From an uncultured Candidatus Rokubacteria bacterium (GTDB lineage Bacteria > Methylomirabilota > Methylomirabilia > Rokubacteriales > CSP1-6), in NCBI GenBank assembly GCA_963758635.1, contig CAVWWD010000008.1, positions 907,215 to 971,214 on the forward strand: DNA of 64,000 nucleotides, given 5' to 3'. Shown here one piece after another: positions 9,965 through 17,025 of this stretch. The position numbers and the translations under genes were made by a program. Position 1 is the stretch's first letter. Every line of letters starts with the position of its first letter. Below the pieces are notes generated by a model. The model was not told where the DNA came from. It made no database searches and was given only the letters and a program-made list of their open reading frames with translations.

Positions 9965-10504
9965 TCAGGCGGCGCGGAGCGTGGGCTCGCCCGCCCGCCA
10001 GTTGCAGGGGCAGAGCTCGCCGGTCTGGAGCGCGTCGAGCACGCGCAGCACCTCGTCGACGTTGCGGCCGACCGAGAGGTCGTTGACGCTGGCGAAGCGG
10101 ATCACGCCCTCGGGATCGGCGATGAACGTGGCCCGGAGCGGCACGCCCTCGTCCTTGTGGAGGATGCCGAGCGCGCTCGACAGCTCGCGCTTCGTGTCGG
10201 CCAGCATGGGGTAGGGAAGGCTGCGCAGGTCCGGATGGTCGCGGCGCCAGGCGAGATGGACGAAGTGGGTGTCCGTGCTCATGCCCAGCACCTGGGCGTT
10301 CTTCTCGGCGAACTCGCCGTGACGCTTGCCGAACTCCGCGATCTCGGTCGGGCAGACGAACGTGAAGTCCATGGGCCACGCGAACAGCACCAGCCACTTG
10401 CCGGGATGGCTCCGGCTCGTGATCCGGGCGAACTCGCGGCCGGGGTCGGCGCTCACCGTGGCGTGCAGATCGAACTCGGGCAGACGGTCTCCGACTGTCA
10501 GCAT
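9965..10504 (-). CDS. ahpC: peroxiredoxin, AhpC-type typical 2-Cys
   Basis: ORF 9965..10504. It has the peroxidatic motif DFTFVCPTE, then STDTHFVHLAW and RATFIADPEGVIR, and a resolving Cys in ELCPCNWRAGEPTL. Confidence 0.9.
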   Translation of the reverse strand: MLTVGDRLPEFDLHATVSADPGREFARITSRSHPGKWLVLFAWPMDFTFVCPTEIAEFGKRHGEFAEKNAQVLGMSTDTHFVHLAWRRDHPDLRSLPYPMLADTKRELSSALGILHKDEGVPLRATFIADPEGVIRFASVNDLSVGRNVDEVLRVLDALQTGELCPCNWRAGEPTLRAA

Positions 10505-10612
10505 GAAATGGTCTCCTGTACGCGGCGGGCCGCCGCGCGATCGATGTCCTGGCTTCGGAGGTTGGGACGCGGCGGCGCGGACCGGGGATTCGGGGCTCGA
10601 CTAAGAACGAAT

Positions 10613-10628
10613 GTTAGCGCGCCCTAAC
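10613..10628. promoter_or_regulatory. inverted repeat GTTAG-N6-CTAAC upstream of ahpC (possible operator)
   Basis: GTTAGCGCGCCCTAAC sits in a locally AT-richer patch about 110 nt upstream of the ahpC start. Confidence 0.25.
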
Positions 10629-10710
10629 TGTGAGGAGACCGGCGGCCGGCTTCGGAGGAGAGACGGCCGCGCCGCCGGCCGGAGCGGCGGCGCGGCCGAG
10701 GATCATCGGG

Positions 10711-11763
10711 TCAGGCGCAGGCCAGCGCGTACACGTCCTTGACGCCCTCGGGCAGCGGGTACTCGTGCCACGTCCGCCCGCCGTCCTGGGTGCCGAACAC
10801 CTGGCCGAGGCGGCTCGCGCAGTAGACCTGCTCGGGATCGCGGCCATGGAGCGCCAGCGCCATCATCGTGCTGTTCGCCTTGATGCCGTGGTCGAGCCGC
10901 TTCCAGGTCTGGCCGAGGTCCGTGCTCCGGTAGAGCGAGCCGTCCTCGCTCCGCGCCGCCGGGCTCAGGCAGGCGTAGAGCTGCCGCGGATCGTGCGGCG
11001 ACACGTGCACGTCGCGCGCGTAGGTCAGCGGCGAGAACCGACCCACTTCCATGTCGTCCCAGGTCTTGCCCTGGTCCGCGCTCCGGAACAGGCCCATGCG
11101 CACGGCGAGGAACACCGTGCCCGCCTGGGCCCCGCTCACGCAGAGCGCGTGGCCGTCCATCATGCCCTCGATCTCGGTGTCGCTCTGGATGCGGCTCTTG
11201 AGGTGCGGCCGCTCGGCCAGCTTCACCAGGTCGTCGCTGCAGTCGCTCCACGTCTCGCCGCCGTCGAGGCTCCGGATGACGCCGCCCACTTCCACGGCCG
11301 CGTAGACCTCGTCGGGTCGGCTCGGGTCCACGGCCAGCCGCATGATGCGGCAGGGGAACTCCATCTTCACGCGCTCGGGGACGGTGGCGGAGGCCAGGTG
11401 GCGCCAGGTGTCGCCGCCGTCGTCGCTCCGGTACACGCCCACGGGCGCCGTCCCGAGGTACAGGGTGCGAGGCTTCGTGGGGTGGACCTGGATCGCCCAC
11501 ACCTCGAGGCCCTCGGGGAAGGAGAGGCGCTGCCAGCTCTCGCCCCCGTCGGTGCTGCGATAGGGGCCGCTCCGCGTTCCCAGGTACATGAGCTTCGGAT
11601 CCTGGGGATGCACGGTGATCGACTGCACGTCGGTGCGCTCGGGCAGGCCCTTCTCGATCGCCTCCCACTCGCCCGCGCCGGGGCCCCGGCGGAAGAGCCC
11701 GCCGCGCGTCGTGCGTCCCGAGCGGGCGGCGCCCGCGTAGATGTGCGTGGTCTGCGTGGTCAT
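10711..11763 (-). CDS. BNR/Asp-box repeat beta-propeller protein (sialidase-like / Ycf48-like fold)
   Basis: ORF 10711..11763 with a GAGGAGG RBS. It has repeated S-x-D-x-G-x-T-W boxes: STDGGESW, SDDGGDTW, SLDGGETW, SADQGKTW, STDLGQTW, TQDGGRTW. Confidence 0.8.
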   Translation of the reverse strand: MTTQTTHIYAGAARSGRTTRGGLFRRGPGAGEWEAIEKGLPERTDVQSITVHPQDPKLMYLGTRSGPYRSTDGGESWQRLSFPEGLEVWAIQVHPTKPRTLYLGTAPVGVYRSDDGGDTWRHLASATVPERVKMEFPCRIMRLAVDPSRPDEVYAAVEVGGVIRSLDGGETWSDCSDDLVKLAERPHLKSRIQSDTEIEGMMDGHALCVSGAQAGTVFLAVRMGLFRSADQGKTWDDMEVGRFSPLTYARDVHVSPHDPRQLYACLSPAARSEDGSLYRSTDLGQTWKRLDHGIKANSTMMALALHGRDPEQVYCASRLGQVFGTQDGGRTWHEYPLPEGVKDVYALACA

Positions 11764-11830
11764 CGGTTCATCCTCCTCTCGCGTCGATCAGGTGGTTCGA
11801 GCGCGGGCAGTTGGCGGCGCCACTGGCGCA

Positions 11831-11865
11831 AGGTGCGGGCGGGCGAAGCCCGGGCGCCCGCACCT
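11831..11865. repeat. REP-like GC hairpin AGGTGCGGGCGGGCGAAGCCCGGGCGCCCGCACCT (copy 1 of 2)
   Basis: An 11-bp perfect stem. A near-identical copy lies at 49889-49923. Both sit directly 3' of a D-2-hydroxyacid dehydrogenase gene. There is no U-tract. Confidence 0.7.
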
Positions 11866-11875
11866 GGTGAGCGAG

Positions 11876-12922
11876 CTATGCCCCGGGGCCGCGCTCCATC
11901 GAGTAGGGCTGCCACCGCTTGAGCTTCCCCTTCTCGAGCACCGACGGGTTCACGCAGCTCCGCGGCCACTTGCCGGAGAGCACGAGCGCGATCTCGTGTC
12001 CGACGCGGCGGAGCCGGGCGGCATCGAAGCGCGCGGACGCGGAGGCGACGTGAGCGGTGAGGATGACGTTGTCCATGCCCATGAGCGGATTGCCGGGCAC
12101 GGGCGGCTCCTGCTCCAGCACGTCGAGGCCGGCGCCGGCGATCCAGCCTTCCTGGAGCGCCTTGATCAGCCCGGACTCGTCGACCGTGGGTCCGCGGCCG
12201 GTGTTGACGAAGAGCGCGGTGGGCTTCATCTGCCGGAAGTGCTCCTCGCGCAGCATGTGGTGCGCCTCCGGCGTGGCCGGCGCGTGCATCGTGATGATGT
12301 CGGACTTCTGGAGCACCTCGGAGAGGCTGGCCGGCTCCACGCCGTAGGGGCTCATCACCAGCTCCTCCACGAACGGGTCATAGGCGATCATGCGCACGCC
12401 GAAGGGCCGGGCGCGCATGGCCACCGCGCGCGCCACGTGGCCGAAGGCGATGAAGCCGAGCGTCTGGCCCATGAGCCGCGGGATCTGGAGGAGCATCGGC
12501 CGCCCCTCCTTCCAGCGGTTCTCGCGCACGAGCCGATCCTGGACGACCAGGCGGCGGAACGTGGCGAGGATCAGCATCATCGCGTGGTCGGCGACCTCCT
12601 CGATGAAGGTGTCGGGCACGTTGGTGACGGGGATGCCGCGCTCCGTCGCCGCCGCCACGTCGACCGAGTCCACGCCGACGCTGCCGAGCGAGATGACCTT
12701 GCAGCGCTCGAGGCCGTCGATCATCGCCTTCGTGATGCGGCGTCCCTTCGCGTAGACGGCGTCGGCGTCCCGCGCCGCCTTGGCGAACTCCGCCTCCGTG
12801 CCCGACGGGATCTCGACGATCTCCGCCCCGATGGGGCCGAGGGCCTCCATCTCCAGGTCGTAGGCCGCGCCCGCGGATCCGTAGCTCGTGCCTGCCGGAG
12901 TAGCCACCTTGAACTTCGCCAC
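11876..12922 (-). CDS. CtBP-like D-isomer-specific 2-hydroxyacid dehydrogenase
   Basis: ORF 11876..12922, GTG start with AAGGAGG upstream. Motifs: GFIAFGHVARAVA, NTGRGPTVDESGLIKALQEGWIAGAGLDVLEQEP, LTAHVAS. Confidence 0.9.
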   Translation of the reverse strand: MAKFKVATPAGTSYGSAGAAYDLEMEALGPIGAEIVEIPSGTEAEFAKAARDADAVYAKGRRITKAMIDGLERCKVISLGSVGVDSVDVAAATERGIPVTNVPDTFIEEVADHAMMLILATFRRLVVQDRLVRENRWKEGRPMLLQIPRLMGQTLGFIAFGHVARAVAMRARPFGVRMIAYDPFVEELVMSPYGVEPASLSEVLQKSDIITMHAPATPEAHHMLREEHFRQMKPTALFVNTGRGPTVDESGLIKALQEGWIAGAGLDVLEQEPPVPGNPLMGMDNVILTAHVASASARFDAARLRRVGHEIALVLSGKWPRSCVNPSVLEKGKLKRWQPYSMERGPGA

Positions 12923-13012
12923 GCTGTCGCCTCCTTGGGGTGAGGTGTGCGGTCCAGGGGTCGGTTATAGAACCTTTCCGGCTGCATTTCCACATGCGTA
13001 CTGCTTGCGGGC

Positions 13013-13068
13013 GGTTGGTTCCACTGCATTTCCATATGCGCTCCGCTCGCCTTCGGCTCGCTGCGCAA
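13013..13068 (-). repeat. 56-nt intergenic element, family F1, copy 1 (sense on the minus strand)
   Basis: The reverse complement reads TTGCGCAGCGAGCCGAAGGCGAGCGGAGCGCATATGGAAATGCAGTGGAACCAACC. It matches 16415-16470 at 52 of 56 positions. An extra half-unit CTGCATTTCCACATGCG lies at 12982-12998. Confidence 0.8.
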
Positions 13069-13086
13069 AGCAGGTCGCTGCGCAAA

Positions 13087-14768
13087 TCAAGTGCCCGTTT
13101 CACCGCCGTCGCCGGGGTCGGGAACTCGTCGGGATCGATCGGCACCTCCACGATGGCGGGCTTGCCGCAGGCGAGCGCGGCGCGGATCACGTCGCCGACC
13201 TGGTCGGCGTGCTCCACGTGGTAGCCCTCGGCCCCGAAGAGGCGCGCGAACTGGTCGTAGCGCGGGTTGGCGATGTCGCAGCCGATGTAGCGCTCGTGAT
13301 AGAAGTGCTTCTGGTACGCCTTCTCCGATCCCCAGCAGTTGTTGTTCATCACGAGGGTCACCGCGTTGATGCCGTGGCGCACCGCCGTCTCGATCTCCTG
13401 CGCGTTCATGAGGAAGCCGCCGTCGCCGTGGATGGCGAGCACCGGGGCGTCGGGCCGGCCGAGCTTGGCGCCGAGCGCCTCGGGGAAGGCGAAGCCGAGC
13501 CCGCCCAGGTCGAGCGGCGTGAGGAACGTCCGCGGGCGTGAGAAGTTCAGCCGGTCGTAGCCGTAGGCGGGCGCCGCCCCGGCGTCGAGGGCGACGATGG
13601 TGTCGGCGGGCAGGGCGCGGCGGAGCTCCGCGTACACGCGCTGCGGCTTCAGCGGCGCGGTGGAGAGCGTCGCCTCCGCCTCGAGGCGCGCGCGGCGCTT
13701 GTCGCGGAACGCCTCGGCCTCGAGGCGCCACGCGGGCCGGGGCGGCGGGGCGCCCTCGCGGCCCAGCGCCTCCAGGAGGGCGCGGCACGCCTCGCGCGCG
13801 TCGGCCTGGATGCCGACGGCCAGCGGGTAGTAGCGGCCGATGTCGCGCGCCTCCACGTCGATCTGGACGATCCGCGTCTCCGGGCGCAGGTAGCGGTCGT
13901 CGAAGTGCGTGGTGAACTGGCCGAGTCGCGAGCCGATGACCAGCACGACGTCGGCGCGGCGGCACGCCGAGGCCGCCTCCGGCGATCCGGCGCGGCCGAG
14001 GGGGCCCACGTAGAGCGGGTGGGCGCTCGGCACCGCGTCGTTCCGGCCGTAGGCGGTGATCATCGGGATCCCGTGCTGCTCGGCCAGCCGCACCACCAGC
14101 TCGTTGGCGTCGGCCCACGTGGCGCCGCCGCCCACCAGGAGGAGCGGGCGCTCGGCCTGGCGGATGAGCCGGGCCGCCTCGCGGATGGCGTCGGGATGCG
14201 GCGGGGCGGCGTACGTCGAGCGGTAGCCGGCCGGCGGGGCCGCCGCGGGGGCCGAAGGCAAGGGCGCGGCGAGCACGTCGCGCGGGATCTCGACGAGCAC
14301 CGGTCCGCGCCGCCCGCTCATGGCCGCGCGGAGCGCGTCGTGGAGCGTCTCGGCGATGCGCGCGGGCGAGTTCACCTGCACGGCGAGCTTGGTGACGGGA
14401 CGGAACATGCTCACGAGGTCGTAGTCCTGGAAGGCGTCGCGCTGGTAGTGCTCGAGCATGACGCCGCCGACCAGGGCCACCACCGGGGAGTGCGCGACGT
14501 GGGCGGCCGCGATGCCGGTGAGCAGGTTCGTGGCCCCGGGCCCGCTCGTGACCAGGCAGACGCCGGGAGTGCCGGTGACGCGGGCGAGGCCGTCGGCCAT
14601 GAACGCGGCGGCCTGCTCGTGCCGGACGTTGATGTACTCGATGCTGTGATCGTCGTAGAGGGCGTCGAGGACGTCGAGGAACGTGGAGCCGACGATCCCG
14701 AAGATGTACCGCACGCCTTCTGCCTTCAGCAGCTCGACCACCGCGCGGCCGCCCGTCGCATCGCTCAT
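13087..14768 (-). CDS. thiamine-pyrophosphate-dependent enzyme (acetolactate-synthase large-subunit-like); 3' end uncertain
   Basis: Part of ORF 12378..14915, from ATG 14768 (GAGGAG RBS): MSDATGGRAVVELLKAEGVRYIFG.. The TPP motif is GDGGFLMNAQEIETAVRHGINAVTLVMNNN. There is no in-frame stop before it overruns the next real gene. Both other frames stop at ~13087-13100, so the end is set there. Confidence 0.75.
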
Positions 14769-14839
14769 GTTCTGGTCTCCTCTGTCGCTTACTCCCCGAC
14801 TCCACGCTTCATCGCCCCTCCGGCGACTCGCGCGAGGGC

Positions 14840-14987
14840 GGGGGCGGCGGGGAGGCACCGGGGGTCCCGGAACCACGCCGCACGCGTCCGCTGCCCGGCT
14901 GGGGCTGGGCTCCATCCGGGCACGGGAGGTCCGTCGCCGGATGGAGGGGAAGGGCTCCGGGACCCCCGGTGCCTCCCCACCGCCCCC
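14840..14987. repeat. nested inverted repeat (31-bp arms, 1 mismatch, enclosing a 10-bp hairpin)
   Basis: The left arm 14840-14870 (GGGGGCGGCGGGGAGGCACCGGGGGTCCCGG) pairs with the right arm 14957-14987. An inner stem CTCCATCCGG (14910-14919) pairs with CCGGATGGAG (14937-14946). It lies between the SDR stop and the TPP-enzyme start. Confidence 0.8.
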
Positions 14988-15027
14988 CAGGCATCGCGCT
15001 ACCGACAGTCTGGTCGGCGCTGCAAAT

Positions 15028-15780
15028 TCAGATCGCCAGGTAGCCGCCGTCGACGGCGAGCTCGGCCCCGGTGATGTACGAGGCCTCGTCGGAGGCCAGG
15101 AACAGGACGGCGTACGCCACCTCCTCGACGCGGCCCTCGCGGCGCAGCGGCACGCCGCGGAGCATGCGCGCGCGGCGCTCCGGGTCGGCGGTGACCGTCG
15201 ACGTGCGCATGGGCGGCAGCACGCCGGGGTGCACCGAGTTCACGCGGATGCCGTCCTTCGCGAACTGCACGGCCGCGGACTTGCTCATGACGCGCACCGC
15301 GCCCTTCGAGGCGTTGTAGCCCATGTGGATGCCGTCCTGGCCCACGATCCCCGAGATCGACGAGATGTTCACGATCGAGCCGCCGCCGGCCCGGCGCATG
15401 GCGGGGATGGCCGTCTTCATGCCGAGGAAGACGCCCTTGGCGTTCACGTTCATGAGGGCGTCCCAGCCGGCCGTATCCATGGGATCGGTGGCGACGCCGC
15501 CGCTGATGCCCGCGTTGTTGACGAGGACGTTGAGCTTGCCGAAGACGCGCGCGGCCTCGGCCACCGCCGCCTCCCATTCCCGCTCACTGGTGACGTTGAG
15601 GCGCGCGAACTGCGCCTTGCCGCCCGCCCCGGCGATCTCCTCGACGACCTTGCGCCCGTCGGCCTCGAGCATGTCGGCCACGACGACGGCGGCGCCCTCG
15701 CGCGCGAACATCACCGCCTCGCACCGCCCCATGCCGCTGGCCCCGCCGGTGACGATGGCTACCTTGCCTGCGAGTCTCAT
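15028..15780 (-). CDS. SDR family oxidoreductase (FabG/glucose-1-dehydrogenase-like)
   Basis: ORF 15028..15780 with TGGASGMG, NNAG and YNASK motifs. Confidence 0.9.
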   Translation of the reverse strand: MRLAGKVAIVTGGASGMGRCEAVMFAREGAAVVVADMLEADGRKVVEEIAGAGGKAQFARLNVTSEREWEAAVAEAARVFGKLNVLVNNAGISGGVATDPMDTAGWDALMNVNAKGVFLGMKTAIPAMRRAGGGSIVNISSISGIVGQDGIHMGYNASKGAVRVMSKSAAVQFAKDGIRVNSVHPGVLPPMRTSTVTADPERRARMLRGVPLRREGRVEEVAYAVLFLASDEASYITGAELAVDGGYLAI

Positions 15781-15830
15781 GGAAGGCCTCCTTTGGCGCG
15801 TCGATTATCCACGAATCGTGGGCCCGGCGG

Positions 15831-15930
15831 CGTGCCGTTGCAACGGGCCCCGTGCCGTTGCAGCGGGCGCTGTCCCGATGCAACCGCCGGCCTGCCGTTG
15901 CAACCGCCGGCCTGCCGTTGCAATCCCGGC
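15831..15930. promoter_or_regulatory. five tandem 20-bp units built on the palindrome CCGTTGCAACGG (candidate phased operator array)
   Basis: Units start at 15831, 15851, 15871, 15891 and 15911: CGTGCCGTTGCAACGGGCCC, CGTGCCGTTGCAGCGGGCGC, TGTCCCGATGCAACCGCCGG, CCTGCCGTTGCAACCGCCGG, CCTGCCGTTGCAATCCCGGC. The array lies in the divergent region between the SDR gene (-) and the Lin0512-like gene (+). Confidence 0.6.
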
Positions 15931-15978
15931 CGTTCTGCGATCAGATCGGGGCGGGCGGTCGCCCCAGGAGGAACGCGC

Positions 15979-16077
15979 GTGGCAGCAACCGCGGCGGTGC
16001 TGTACGAGGTCGGGAAGCCCCTGGTGGGCGTGCCCATGCTCACCGACCTCTACATACGAGTGAACGTCCGAGAGTGA
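15979..16077 (+). pseudogene. 32-codon remnant resembling the N-terminus of a Zn-dependent alcohol dehydrogenase
   Basis: CAGGAGGAA is followed by GTG 15979. The peptide is MAATAAVLYEVGKPLVGVPMLTDLYIRVNVRE*. AAVLYEVGKPL matches the usual MDR/ADH start, and the ORF then terminates. Confidence 0.35.
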
Positions 16078-16093
16078 TTCCAGGAGGCCATGC

Positions 16094-16432
16094 GTGAGCG
16101 CGAAGCCCTACGTGTTCGAGTTCGGGATGGGCGTGGACGTGCACGGGGACGACGGCACCACGGCGGCGTGCCGCGGGGTGTCGGACGCGATCCGGCACTC
16201 GAGCCTGCCGTTCTTCCGCGACGTGCGCGAGCGCGGCGGGCGGATGCTCGTGGACGTGACGGTGGGCGTGCCCGAGCCCGCCAAGGTGGACGTGCAGCGC
16301 GTGGCGCGCGAGCTGCCCCACGGTGAGGTCACGGTTCGCGCGGTGCCCGGGGGCCTCAAGGTGCCCGGCTCGGACACCGTGATCGCCTGTGTCGCCATCA
16401 CGGTGAGCGTGGAATTGCGCAGCGAGCCGTAG
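16094..16432 (+). CDS. Lin0512-family small conserved protein (function unknown)
   Basis: ORF 16094..16432 with a CCAGGAGG RBS. FEFGMGVDVHGDDGTTAACRGVSDAIRHSSLP resembles the EMGMGxDxHGQD signature as I recall it for this family. The family assignment is from memory. Confidence 0.6.
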   Translation: MSAKPYVFEFGMGVDVHGDDGTTAACRGVSDAIRHSSLPFFRDVRERGGRMLVDVTVGVPEPAKVDVQRVARELPHGEVTVRAVPGGLKVPGSDTVIACVAITVSVELRSEP

Positions 16433-16470
16433 GCGAGCGGAGCGCACATGGAAATGAAGTGGAAACAACC
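16415..16470 (+). repeat. 56-nt intergenic element, family F1, copy 2 (sense on the plus strand)
   Basis: TTGCGCAGCGAGCCGTAGGCGAGCGGAGCGCACATGGAAATGAAGTGGAAACAACC. It contains the stop codon of the Lin0512-like gene and ends about 25 nt before the probable VOC start. Confidence 0.8.
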
Positions 16471-16953
16471 AACACCCGAGCGGAAGGACATGACGTGAGC
16501 GCGACCACGGGGATCGGGCTCCGCCGACTCCAGCACCTGGTGCTGTGGGTCTCCGACGTGGAGCGCAGCGTGCGGTTCTATCGCGACGTCCTCGGCTTCG
16601 AGGTGAAGTCCCAGCGCCGGGGCGGAGCCTTCCTGCGCATCCCGGGGAGTCCGGACGATCATCACCTGGGCCTGTTCGAGCAGACCGGCGTCCCCGGTCC
16701 GGACGAGGGCGTGGCGCGCATGTACCACTCGGCCTGGGAGGTGGGGGAGCTGACCGACCTCGCGCGAGCGCGGGAGCGGCTTTTCGCCGCGGGCGCCCTC
16801 GTCGGCGAGTCGGACCATGGCGTCAGCTTGTCGCTCTACGCCCGGGACCCCGACGGACTCGAGTTCGAGATCTTCTGGACCGTGCCCGGCGGCACTCCCG
16901 TGGGTACCCGCCGCCTCGATCTCCGCGCCGAGCTGTCCCGCCGCGGCCTCTAG
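16459..16953 (+). CDS. VOC (glyoxalase/bleomycin-resistance/extradiol-dioxygenase) family protein
   Basis: ORF 16459..16953. LQHLVLWVSDVERSVRFYRDVLGFEV and HHLGLF are typical. A GTG at 16495 preceded by GGAAGGA is the more likely start. Confidence 0.85.
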   Translation: METTNTRAEGHDVSATTGIGLRRLQHLVLWVSDVERSVRFYRDVLGFEVKSQRRGGAFLRIPGSPDDHHLGLFEQTGVPGPDEGVARMYHSAWEVGELTDLARARERLFAAGALVGESDHGVSLSLYARDPDGLEFEIFWTVPGGTPVGTRRLDLRAELSRRGL

Positions 16954-17025
16954 ACTTCCGCCCCGCGTTCGGGCTCAGCCGGCGCACGGCTCGACGCGAG
17001 AGCGGAGGGCCGCGCGCGCTCCGCC

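Noticed and set aside
12940-13224. Conserved peptide PLHFH(M/V)RSARLRLAAQ seen in ORFs 12940..13224+ and 16040..16468-.
   Set aside because: It is simply the antisense translation of the F1 nucleotide repeat. Both ORFs are otherwise antisense to real genes.
15831-15930. Possible CRISPR array, because of regularly spaced direct repeats.
   Set aside because: The units are contiguous 20-mers with no spacers, there are only five of them, and each is built on a palindromic operator-like core. No cas genes are present.
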